Assembly (NCBI GenBank): GCA_951406725.2
Contig: OX597814.1
Span: forward strand, 118,730,001 to 118,794,000
DNA from: Octopus vulgaris
Lineage: Eukaryota
DNA: 64,000 bases
Reading direction: 5' to 3'
Below, piece by piece: positions 49,902 through 62,145 of this stretch (positions are counted from its first letter, which is position 1; every line of letters starts with the position of its first letter). Position numbers and translations under genes: made by a program. The notes under the pieces are model-generated. The model had not been told where the DNA came from. It ran no database searches and was given only the letters and a program-made list of their open reading frames with translations.

Positions 49902-50088
49902 GTGACAATTGTTCGGATGCCATGATAAAACTCTGCGTTTCGGATTTCGGGGCGGAAAACTGCCCCGGCATGTGTTCAGTTATCATAGCATATTTTAATT
50001 GACTCGATAACTGAAGAGATGCCGGTGCCGGTTTCCGTCCCCGACATCCGAAATTCAGAGTTTTATCATGGCAACTGAATAATTGACA
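49902..50088. repeat. Imperfect ~80-bp inverted repeat containing a minimal hammerhead-like motif
   Basis: TGCCATGATAAAACTCTG...TTCAGTTATC versus GATAACTGAA...CAGAGTTTTATCATGGCA. Confidence 0.8.
50006..50067 (+). ncRNA. Candidate minimal type I hammerhead ribozyme (probably decayed)
   Basis: GATAA-CTGAAGA-[GATGCCGG...CCGACATC]-C-GAAA-TTCAGA-GTT-TTATC: stem I GATAA/TTATC, CUGANGA and GAAA cores, very short stem III. Confidence 0.45.
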
Positions 50089-50818
50089 ATAATTCTTCTT
50101 CTCAACTGGAGCTGACTTTAATTTGGTAATAATGACATATCTTCTAAAGGCAGATACAATTTTACTAAATGAAGAAATTATTATCTATGCCATTTGATAT
50201 ATCTCTATTTGTGTAAGTTATTCTAATATCTGTAACTGGATACTTACACATTTTTCTCTTGGCACTCTGATGTCTAAGTTATGCCGATTCTTTAAAATTC
50301 TAGTTTCCCCGAAAAGTCATGTTCCGTGTTCATCTTAAAAAGTGAACAGGTTAGATATAAAGGTAGTATATCGGATTCCTCTCGACTCACATAGACTCAT
50401 AGGGCCGCTTTCCTGATTTCCGTCACGCACATATTTTTCCCACCCTTGCCTGGACGGCAACGGTCGCATGAAACGGGTTTTACATTTAAGTAATAATTTT
50501 ATATCGTATAAATTATGCTTATTTACTTTACTGCAATGAAAACCTCACGTAAATAATATTAATATTTGCACAATTTCTATTTGTGCATAATAATTTTCTC
50601 AAGCCTGCTGTATTATCTTTCACTGCCATCAACATTTAAGAGAAGATGTAGCATTAATTAAAGATTATTGCTTAATTATGGTCAAAAGTTTGTAATAAAT
50701 CTTGATAACAAGAATATATGTCACATAGAATGCAGAATAATTTCAATGATTTTGTACAGTTTCAACAATTTAATGAATTCGGAACGTATTATAGACACTC
50801 GCCTATTATATATATATG

Positions 50819-50857
<39 letters not shown>

Positions 50858-51092
50858 ATAAATGAGGTGTTACATATTTTATTTCGTTTTAGCGCCGATG
50901 TTAATTAACTATGTAACAAAATACTTGATTGCATTGATAACTATGATGAAATCTGTATTTAATTAATAAATGAAATGTTCTCATATTAAGATATGTCACA
51001 ATATATCTCGAAACCTTTTTGCCATTATTTCTTCTTCTTCTTCTTCTTCTTCTTCTTCTTCTTCTTCTTCTTCTTCTTCTTCTTCTTCTACT

Positions 51093-51138
<46 letters not shown>

Positions 51139-51589
51139 TACTACTTCTACGACGACGATGACATCGGCGACAACGATTATTACCACTACAGCTAATACTA
51201 GTTTATCAAACCTTTCTTCTTCATATCTTAATCCTTATTCAACTTCTCCCGCATCTTATTTTAATTATTGCATCTCTACGGGATATGAAGCTGCAAGCTA
51301 CACCCTTAGAAGTCTTACTCGTTTCACATCGTGCCAAACAAACAGCCTGTCTGTATATTGAGGGAATTCATCAATACGCAGTTTCTTCAGCTAACCGTTT
51401 CAATTCGCGCAACTATTGCGAAGAGGACAATTACAATTTGTAAATTTATGCATTTACTTAAGTTCCAGAAATTTTCAAATAGTAATCCTTTTTAGATCCT
51501 ACTTTTATAAAAGACGTTACACAACAATGAGTTGGTGTCACACACTTACCTCACTGCGTCAATAATAATTTCAGATATTATTATCACTC

Positions 51590-51800
51590 TTGAGGCAGTG
51601 AACAGGAAGAATAGTTACAGGGCCAGACCAAATGCTTAAGAGCACTTACGAATTTTCATTCCGAGTTAAAATTCCGCCGAGGTCGACTTTGCCTTTCATG
51701 CTTTCTGAGTCAATAACTTAAGTACCAGTGAAAAATTGAGGTCATTGTAACTGACTAGTAACCTCCACCAATTTTCAGGCTTTTTGCCTATTGTAGAAAA
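51590..51800 (+). mobile_element. Degenerate SINE (13420 family)
   Basis: GAGTTAAAATTCCGCCGAGGTCGACTTTGCCTTTCAT. Confidence 0.75.
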
Positions 51801-51804
51801 CATT

Positions 51805-52400
51805 ACTATTATTGTTCTTATTTGCTTTCAATCTCCATGTTTGTTACCATCACTTTCCGAGACACACCCAATATCCTAGGTCGAGTGAAGGATAAGAGAA
51901 ATTATAGTATGACTGAAAGTTTGGGGGGGGGATGTGGCGAATATCTTCGAGTAAATCAACACATATATGAACTGATAAGGTTTTTCTAAGGATATGGGCA
52001 GTACATGGCTCCCCTGGCGGTTGTCTAGATGTTTCTTACTTCTCTTTTATATCATACTTAAGGCACCTATAATAACAGGAATATTTTTTTGTTTTAAGAT
52101 GCTACATCTTTTCTATTTCAATTTCCAGGTCCTTATATTTACTTAATTTGTCAAACTTCTTTACCAGTGTATTGATATGAGTTGGAACACTTACATCTAT
52201 TAGTCTACAAGTACTTTTTTTCCTGTTTAATTAATTATGTCTGGTCGACTGTATTAATGTTGATGTTATTGTTGTTAATTCCAGTTAATTATGTTAACTC
52301 TGTACCGGGCAACTGGAAGTACCAGGGTATAAATAGATTCGATGCGATTTTGGGAGTTGAGTTCAGTTTTTAGTATGAGTTGCAATCTTCTGTAATACTC
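51805..52400 (-). mobile_element. Old, degenerate R4/Dong-type 3' fragment (not in the ORF track)
   Basis: Manual minus-strand translation gives RPDII...RLIDVSVPTHINTLVKKFDKLSKYKDLEIEIEKM*HLKTK/IPVIIGALSMI...TAHILRKTLS. Confidence 0.8.
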
Positions 52401-53226
52401 CTTTCGTATTTTTCCTTCGTTTATCTATTTATAACTTCCTATCATGGCTGTTATGTCCGTCTGTCTGTTCCCTCTTCACGCTGAAACGGCTGGATCAACC
52501 ATCACAATATATTTTGTTTTACGAAGGAGCTAATCAGGGAGATTTTTAGCGAAAAAATGTATGATTATTTAGTGGATACTAAGTTTTGTACTAATAAATC
52601 ACCTTTGGTTTTTTTGTGTGAATATTCCACCCCCGTATAGTTCGGGAATTTAGAGGGTTTACTTTTGCGATACTCACCCTTTATTTCCCATCGTAGATGC
52701 GCAGATTTTTCTATCTTTCAATAATGGGCGTTATGTCCGTCTGTCCGTCCATTTGTCCGTCTCATAGTTTGTCCCATTTTGACGTTCAGGTGTTTGGACC
52801 AATGGTTACGATATTTTTATGGATTACAAAGACTGTCGTCAGAAAGGTTTTTAGCATTTAAAAAATCAGGAAGCATGATTATTTTGTGGATATCAATTTT
52901 TGAATTGATAAATCACTTTCGCATTTTTATAAAGGATTCACCAACATCGGGTAACTCTAGATTTTCATCGTATAATTCGTAACCCCATCGTAGATACGAA
53001 GTCGGGCATAAGGACGTTTACAAACGAAAATAAAATTGAAAACGTGTGTGTCAGTATGTAGTGTGTGTGTGATTATTTGTTGGCCATTCTATCAGCCTCG
53101 ACCAGGATTAGAAACGGCTAATCGAAGTGGCTGTTCTTTATATCTCAGTTTTGCCAATCAAAATAACCCATGATACCAGAACATCCGGCCGTTATTCGCA
53201 GAGAACGGTGAAAGGTAAGTCTTAGT

Positions 53227-53436
53227 TTGATTTTTTGCAACCCTAAAGATTCCTCTTGCACGTTTACAACAAACAACCCACAAGGTCATACTTTAGATCG
53301 TGTAGGTGTATTTTTACCCACTACGACTTTTACACACGGCCACTTGTACTTCGCTATGAGTAGACCAACGGAATACGGTAATTTGAAAATTAGTGTCTCC
53401 CAAACAGAAAATATCGCCAACAAAGAAGTTTTGTAA
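53227..53436 (+). pseudogene. Helitron Rep/Hel (PIF1-like helicase) C-terminal fragment
   Basis: QGHTLDRVGVFLPTTTFTHGHLYFAMSR matches PIF1 motifs V-VI (SQGQTL..VG..L....F.HGQLYVA.SR). Confidence 0.75.
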
Positions 53437-53442
53437 TCAATA

Positions 53443-54431
53443 TCTATAAAGCTTAAATGCGAAAAATGTTTTTTGTCTCATTTTGGGATTGGAACGGTTT
53501 AAGGGCCAGTAGATGGGGTCGGATTGGCTCCAACATTTACATGGATATGTAAAAAGAGGCGAGGAAGCGAGTGGACTAGATTAGAAACCCCTATCTCAAA
53601 AGCTGTGGTTACTAGGACAACAACACCCACACTTTGACAAGTGTTTGCCGTTTCTCGCTTTCGCATATCACCCTGTCTTCCTCCATTCTCTCTTTCCTTC
53701 CTTCCCTCAATTTCTCTCTATAATTACGTTTGACAGCTTCGTCTGTTACTCTTTCTAACACCACCTCTCTTACTGTACATCTGTCTGTATCTATAAAGAG
53801 AAAGTGTTGACAGCTGCAAAAGTTTAAATATTCCCGCTAACCTTAATATATTATTGTCATCAACCCCTAGGCATTAATGACAGTAATTAATATCTATAAA
53901 GCTGAAATGCGAAAACGTTGCTTGATTTCTTGGTTATTTGTCTCGATGGGAACAGTATAAGGAGCAGTTTCTCATTTTTACGTATTTTTGCCTTTTATTT
54001 TTTATTGTTTACAGTTTTCATTTTTTCTGAAAGAAATTTACAGCTGCATGTAGCCTGTGTTTAGAGCTTTCGTTTACATGGTCAATCGTCGAAAAATTCT
54101 CAAAATAAGTACAAAATTTAACAAAGAAATCCTTTTTCTCCTTATTTTTCAGCCCTCAAATACTGCAAAAGGCAAGTGTGCTTTCTGTTGTCACTGCCTG
54201 ATATTTATCATTGATCTTTCAAAATATTTTCTTTCTCAACTTACTCAAGAACTTTTGTTTTTTATAAATGGGAGAGAGATAGATAGAGAAGGATAGTAAG
54301 AGAGTGGGAATGTGAGAGAGAAAGGAGAGAGAAACAAAGAGGGAGAATGTGGCGATAAGAAACAGAAAGGAAGCAACAAAAAATAATAACCACACCTTCA
54401 CCCACGCGTAGAGCGGGTCAGCTTAAGCTAG
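53443..54431 (+). mobile_element. Non-autonomous Helitron-like element with duplicated 5' end
   Basis: A|TCTATAAAGCTnAAATGCGAAAA at 53443 and 53893; 3' imperfect hairpin ACCCACGCGTAGAGCGGGT followed by CTAG|T at 54428-54432. Confidence 0.55.
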
Positions 54432-55172
54432 TCATATTGATATTACTGAAGGGAATATAATTCAAAATTTAAATAAATATATTTGTCAAATTTGAATGTA
54501 TAAGAGTATAAACAAGCATAATATACTCTAAGCAACCAGAATAAAAGTAAATCTAAATATATTTTTCCTAATAATTTTTATGTAGTGATCGAAGTAAGCT
54601 CTGGCTTTTGTTAGGAGTGGTCCACATAACCATTCATGATACAGAGGCTGGGAGCCTATTTCATTTCGGGAGTAAATCGTCATCACATGTCACTTAGTCA
54701 CAAACACATGTCATATAGCCGCAATAGAATGCTGTATCACCAACAATAATGTAATTTCTCTTAGATATTACCCAGTAATATATCAAGTTGATTTACACAT
54801 TTCTCATTGCATACTGCTGTTATGACTTCCCTCCCTTTATACCAATCCTGGGGATCTCCATTTGTGAGACTTTCAAAGAACACATCTTACCTCTTCTACT
54901 CTTATTGGCTCCCATTACTGATCTTCAACTTCACCCAGTTTCACTCTCTGACATTCTGTCCAATGAGATTTAGCCTTATAAGTGACTAATTGACGTGCTC
55001 GACCGGTTAATGCCAAATAACTGTGATATTGAACAGAATATTTGTTGTGGCCCCTCGTTTATACTAAGACAAAACATGCACATAGTAATACAGTCAATCA
55101 GTTAAGATCAGAAGTCATGAGAGCCTTTCACGTGTACTGCATGATGATGATCATCATCATGGTCATTATCAT

Positions 55173-55203
<31 letters not shown>

Positions 55204-55324
55204 AGGAGCATTTTATTATTAGTATTGTTATTATTGTTGTTGTTGCTATAGGCGTCCTAATCACCATCATCAGAAGCAGTGTTATCATTGTCGTTGTCCT
55301 TATTTATTCTGTTTGAGTGGATAA

Positions 55325-55525
55325 AGCAGCGACGTGGCGGAGTTGTGAGCACGCCGGCCAAAATTAATCCGGCTTTTCGTCCATTTTCACGTTCTGATTT
55401 CAACTTTTGCCGAGGTCGGTTTCGCCTTTCCCCCTTTCGGTGTCGATCAGATGATTACCACTTCTACATTGGCATCGATATAATGGACTTACCCCACACC
55501 TCAAAATTGCTGGCCTTGTGCAATA
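55325..55525 (+). mobile_element. Degenerate SINE (13420 family)
   Basis: CGTTCTGATTTCAACTTTTGCCGAGGTCGG...AAAATTGCTGGCCTTGTGC. Confidence 0.6.
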
Positions 55526-56404
55526 TACTAGTGTGGAGGCTTAGCAACATTGAATGTTAGACTAAATATCTTGTGGTACTTTGTTACGGCCCTTCATCAC
55601 TTTATCACAATGGTCGACTTTGTATTTCTTCGACTGCAAGCTCTCTGGTTTTTTAACTACATTACAAACTATTCTTAGAATGAATATATTTATCATTTAT
55701 TCGAGAATCTGAAAACGAGAAAATAATAATAATTTATTTGTTCACAAAATAATTAATAAATTGGTCTCAATTATGTACATTATACCGTCTATCACGATTC
55801 TGTTACATCATTATTATGGTAAATTTTGCTTTAACTTTAATACGTTGTAAAATATAAAAGGATATTTGAATAATAATAAAAATTAATAACTGAATTTAGC
55901 AAATTTTATGTGACAAATACGTATTTAATTTTTCAAATTTACCACTATTTACCAAACAGCTACTTATCAGGAAACAATTTCTGCTGCTTTCAAAGAAATT
56001 TATGTACTTATTTATTGGTTTAAAATCTCAAAAGTAGTTATAGCGAAAATTATTTCACTAAATTAATGATTTAATATATGACGTCAGTGTATTCAAAATT
56101 TGTATATATATATATATATGGGTGTGTGTGTGTGTTTGTATGTATGTATGTATGTATGCATGCATGTATGTATGTGTGTATGTGTATGTGTGCATATATT
56201 TGTGTGCATGCGTGTGTGTGCGTGTGTGGGTAGATAGATTGGATATACATGTATATATGATTATGTATAATTAAACGAGAGTAAGGAGAAATGTCATAGG
56301 TTAAGTATGAAGAAGTTGTGCTACATCTGTGAAATGTTGTATGCATTAATTCCAGCACTTATTAATAACTGCATTGTTTCTTTCCAGTTAAACAGATATA
56401 TTTA

Positions 56405-56775
56405 TTACTCTAGGCACGAGGCCCGAAATTTTGGGGGAGGCAGTCAGTCGATTAGATCGATCCCAGTACCCAACTGGTACTTAATTTTTCGACCCCGAAA
56501 TGATGAAAGCAAAAGTCGGCCTCGGCGGAATTTGAGCTCAGAACGTAAAGACAGACGAAATACCTATTTCTTTAACAACCCACAAGAGGCTAAACACAGA
56601 GGGGAGAAACAAGGACAGACAAACGGATTAAGTCTATTACATCGACCCCAGTACGTAAATGGTACTTAATTTATCGACCCCGAAAGGATGAAAGGCAAAG
56701 TCGACCTCGGCGGAATTTGAACTCAGAACGTAGCGGCAGACGAAATACCGCTAAGTATTTCGTCCGGCGTGCTAG
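56405..56775 (-). mobile_element. Two tandem SINE units (13420 family)
   Basis: Reverse-complement match to 13420-13980, including the CCCACAAGAGGCTAAACACAGAGGGG tail. Confidence 0.85.
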
Positions 56776-56779
56776 TTAA

Positions 56780-57923
56780 ACAAATATCTGATTGTTGATT
56801 GTAGATTTCAGATTTAACTAGATATGACTTCTCGTGTAAATAGTCACAAAATTTGGCGTTGTGGCGTTATCAAATAAATGCAAAAAACAAAAAAAATGTT
56901 TAGGCCACCAAGAACATTCATGCTAACAAGTCCCTACAGTAGAGGATGACACTCCAGCTTTGTCAACAGTACAAAAGCGGGAACCCAAATTTAGGAGGGA
57001 AGGGAGAATGTTGATGATAGCCCAACGCCTCTCACTGCCAATGCCACTGAAAACATTAACCGCGTTCACAACATGGTATTGGATGTGAGGCGATTGACTG
57101 TAAATCAAATAGCTAGAGCTATTAGAATATCCCGTCAGAGAATGAAAAATAATATTCGCGATGAACTTGGCATGAAGAGAGTGCCACGTCTTCTGACACA
57201 GGCTGATCACATAACAGGAAAATCTGAAAGTGTTTGAGCCAGATCCAGCTGCGTTCCTTGAATGTTTCCCAGCCGAGCAAGATTGTTGGGTTCGTCACTT
57301 TTGAGAAAGAGAAAATAGACAATCCAAGCAATGCAAACGCACCCACATCAACTTGGCTTCAAAGAAAACCAAGGTCGAATCATCTGTAGGGAATGGGATG
57401 GCCTCAGTTGTTTGTGATGAAATAAGTGTTCTACTTATTCACAATTTTCAAAACTATTACATCATCAATAGGGAATAACATGCCAACTTATTGAGTTTGT
57501 TACGAAGATCTATCAAGAACCAAGCGCCCAGAAAAACAGATGAAATGTGTCTTGTATCAACAGAACCACCTCCAGCACACAAGTCTTTGGTTTCAATGAT
57601 TCCTGTTGGCGAGTGTGTCTTTGAACTGGTTGATAACCATCTCTATTTTCTTGATGTGGCACCATCTGTCTACCATCTGTTCCCCAACAGGAATACAACG
57701 TGGTTTTAAATCAGTATTGCAATGAAGACGTCATATCTGCTGTTGACGAGATTTTTTAAGAAAAGGATGAGAGCTGATTCGCCAATGGGATCCAAGAAAA
57801 GCAAAACAGATGGGAGACATATGTGGCTGGCGAGGGAGAGAATGGTGCAAAAGTAAACATCAGATGGTCACATTTCACGAGAGTATCTTGGTCAACCTGA
57901 GAACATCTAAACCAAACCTCATA
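56780..57923 (+). mobile_element. Old degenerate mariner transposon
   Basis: Remnants GVIK..QK, DIHA, WVP-like RVPRLLT, HxDNA-like HQQNHLQH, PL(Y)FLDVAPSVYHLFP (YSPDLAPSDYHLFP); ~1.15 kb; many stops. Confidence 0.75.
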
Positions 57924-58663
57924 TAAGTAAACAGACCTAGCCTAATAAAGTGTTGCACACACGATCACAAGATCATAATTTCAATTCGAAAAGCGGCTGT
58001 CTTTTGCATTTATGGTCAAACCAGTTTATTTCCCTTTTTCAATACACTTAGCTTTTATTGGGGAACTCAACTGCAATACATTTACGGGTTCAGGCTGGAT
58101 GCTGGCCTGCTGCCAGACGGATGGCACCATGCGACGGCTAAAACATTGCGAGGAATCAGTATTAAAGATTTTTATGTCTAGAACTAACATAAATCAGAGA
58201 GCAGACGCATGATGTTATTTGATAAATTTTGTGGGAGATAGCGTTGCTTCATTTCAATCATCATAGCCTTCAACCCCTCTCTCTTCAACCACTTCTTATA
58301 TTCTAAATGGTTAGTTGAGCTGCCTCAGATACATCCCTCGATTGTGTGTTCTAGGTAGCATTGGTTGGTCCCACAACTAGATTACCTAACCCACAATCTT
58401 CCCCGTGCAATATAACATTAACTGAGAATATTACTGCAAAATATTCCTAAAATTTCACACAGAGATTAAGACAGAGATTTTACCGTTGCGTAAAAGATCA
58501 GCAGACGCCAAAAGTTGTGCATATTCCGACGAAGGCTAGTGGGCCAAAACTTCGAAGTTCCTGGCAGATGTCTTCCACCAAGTGCTTCATAAAGATGCGT
58601 TCTGTTCAGAAAGTATTGAGTGTTCTTTAGTTTAATGTTAAATTTCACCCACCTCTCTCTCTC

Positions 58664-58710
<47 letters not shown>

Positions 58711-59174
58711 GCCGATAACTGTTTAGGTTTAGTAGCCCTTCCTGTTTGTTTTCACTGTCCTGTTTGTGTTACCAGTTTTGACCCTCCGCAAAATCCCAAA
58801 TTTTAATAACTTGCGTTGCGGGAGTAACAATTTTATCAAAAGCGTATATTGTTGTTAAATCCTCGAAATACGAGACTAGAAAAACAACCAACAATTGATG
58901 AAGGGTCGTACTTTATGTTTTTTTGTATTTTTTCCAGTTGTGTCTGTCGTTGTTCGAAAAAATAGTTCACATTCCATGTACTCCTACTTCGTATTTTTGT
59001 ATTACACTTTTCGTGACGTCCTGTGCTCACATATGCATATATATACATATATATATATACATATAGATGCAAGTATGTATATATACGTATGTATATATGC
59101 ATTTATATATATATATACTTACATACATATAAATATATAAATACACACACACACACATATATATATATTTATAC

Positions 59175-59222
<48 letters not shown>

Positions 59223-59235
59223 CATACAAATATAT

Positions 59236-59531
59236 ACATTACAATTAATAAGAGGAATGACCTCTAAAGTGGATTCCTATGCGCTAGAGATAGATGTCAA
59301 ATCGCGTTACCAAACGTATTTTACAAGTATTAATATTGAAATTATATGTCGGTAGTCGTTCTATTTTGTAAGTTTTCTTTCGTCTTGCTTATTTGTTTTT
59401 TTTTTTACATTTTGGTGATTGCTGTTTTCTTTTATTTCTTGAGAACACACTCTTTGTGGTAGGGTGATTTGACGTCTATCTCTAGCGTATAGGAATCCAC
59501 TTTAGTCGTCAATACACTTAAACATTGTAAT
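59236..59531. repeat. Inverted repeat (~70-bp arms) next to (TA)n
   Basis: CTAAAGTGGATTCCTATGCGCTAGAGATAGATGTCAAATC versus GATTTGACGTCTATCTCTAGCGTATAGGAATCCACTTTAG. Confidence 0.8.
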
Positions 59532-61956
59532 AAATTATTTATATCTTCGGATACGCTAGATCACTGGTTTAAATTAATGTTAATTGGTTGATATCAACTT
59601 CTACCCTCCTTATTTAATTATATATACATATATACATATATAATGTATAATATATACATGCCAGTAGGTTTGTCTATGCTTGTGTGCGTTTCTGTGTATG
59701 TGGGTATTTGTGTGTGTGTGTGTTTGTGCCTAGGTATGTGCACGTGTGTTTGCATTTGTGTATGCATTTTATCGAAATAAATATAAAATACACATCACGA
59801 TTGATGTATAATATAATTCCTAAAATATTATAAAATTTCTAGACAAATTTTAAACTTCACATACGTGAATTATACTTATTGAGACTACCTTTTGAAAGAA
59901 AATATAATTTCATATTCCGTAGTGTAGAAGCAGTTGTAAATCTCTAATTTATTATTTTTTTCTCAAAAATACATGAATATTTAGAAGTGAATATGCTGCT
60001 AAAACCCCTAATCAGCTTAATAGCTATAGTTATTAATAAGTATAAGGTTCCATTTTAGAGTTTATCTCAAATGATATTTTGCAAATAGAACGCGTTTTCA
60101 TTTTTATTCTGGATTTTATCTTTTTTATTCAATGGATGTTGAATACCCAAATTCAATTCCTATAAAATGAAATTAAGATGTAGATTATATTGAAATATCC
60201 ATTCTTTGATCTTTTGACTGGAAAAAATTGTCTGCGCCATCACAGTTACTACTTTTCTCTCGAAGGATTCGTTTTCTAAGTAATTTCTTTATGATATATT
60301 CGTAGATCTTGGATACACCGAACGGTTGTGTTTTAATGTCACTATATAATATAGATGAAAGGAATAATATTTTTAAAATCCGTTCTTTCATAAAACCCTA
60401 TAAAACTACTCGGGTGTAGTATAAGATTTTTTTTATTTGTATACTGGAAATATTCTGTTGGTGGCGAAATCAAATTTATTACAAATAACATACTATAACC
60501 TCATGGCAAAACTTTGCATATCGTAAATATTCATGAAACTTTTAAATTTGGAATTGCATGAATATTAAAACTTGGAAAGCTGCCAAAATCAAATAATATA
60601 TATTAAAAAAATGAATCGTGTGATAAGAAAATTAGTTGCAACCAGATCTGTTTTATCTCGGTATGTGATTTAATGCAAATGGTGTAAATACTGCATTATA
60701 AATGATCTGCCATTAATATACTACTATCTAGAAAGGTATACGACTTTTGAGAGAATTATTTGGAATACTTGTAGTGGATATGCAAAAGGTCTTCCTGCAA
60801 GAAAAGAGAAAGCGAAATAAAGAGATTATCCAAGTTAGATTATTATAGTCCACATAAACTTATACAGGTGAAACACATTGCTTCTGGACTGCAACGTAAT
60901 TTTGAATAATGTGAAGAATTTAACTGATCATTGATCTCAACATGTACACTAAAGTCATTAGGAATAATTATCCATTTATTTTATATGCTATTTTAATTAC
61001 TAACATTCTGTCAGAGGAATCCTCATAAGATGTTTGAAGGAAGAGAATTAGATGGAAGTATAGATCGACACTAATGGCACAAAACATGAGATACGCATGC
61101 TATTTAAAGTAAGCGAAGCACGAGAGTAGCATCATGGACAAACGATTTAAAGAGTATACAAGGAGCTAAGATGAGTAAACAAACAATGGGATGGCAACAT
61201 GGATATTAAGAGAAATGAATAATGATTATAGCAGAAAGAAAGTAAAATATTAAAATGAAGAAAAACGTCAACGATAATCACTAAATACTAACACAATTCA
61301 GAGAGTAGAGTTGCCCCACAGATGATGGTCCTAGGAATAAGCTTCATCGTTGTGCCTTATTCATGGGGTTAATTTCTTCCAAAAGTGACATTAGACAGTT
61401 TGAGTATAGACATTACGCATGATTAATTGTATACCAAATGCTTCCTGACAGACTACTAAATGCTTACCAATCTCATAGATTATGTTACTTTGCATATCTC
61501 CTGGTAAACTAAATAATTCCTTCTATTATACGCCAAGGCATGACATTTTGTGGGAGAGCTGCTAGTCGGGTACATCGATTTGTAGTTATTTTACAGACTC
61601 CGGAACGACGAAAAGCAATGTTGACTTCGACGAAAGTAGAATTAAGCACGTATAGCTGGAATAAAAGATGTTAGGTGTTTTGCCTGGTATGCTAACAAGC
61701 ATAGCAGCGGGTCACCTTATTTTAAGTCGAAATTAAATAAATAAATAATGAGAGTGGAAATTAATATTATTAAATGATATCAATTTCAATTAATGGTGAG
61801 TATACATAAAAACGTCGGACGACCGTGATGGTTTGGCGTCTAATTTTAGCATACAAGGGATCCATAGAGTGATCTCTCATACAGTATAAATAAATAAGTT
61901 AAATAATCAATTAACATCAAGAAATTTCAATGGAAGACCGTAGTGTGATACATAGA

Positions 61957-62145
61957 ACAGGAGTGGCTGTGTGGTAAGTATGTCTATGATTGCCCCCCAA
62001 CGTCGCTTGACAACCGATGCTGTTATGTTTACGTCCCCGTAACTTAGCGATTCGGCAAAAGACCGATAGAATAAGTACTAAGCTTACAAAGAATAAGTCT
62101 TGGGGTCGATTTGCTCGACTAAAGGTTGTGCTCCGTCATGGCTCC
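61957..62145 (+). mobile_element. Internally deleted SINE (24982 family)
   Basis: CAGGAGTGGCTGTGTGGTAAGTA joined directly to the 3' body GCTTGACAACCGATGCTG...GCTCGACTAAAGG. Confidence 0.8.
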
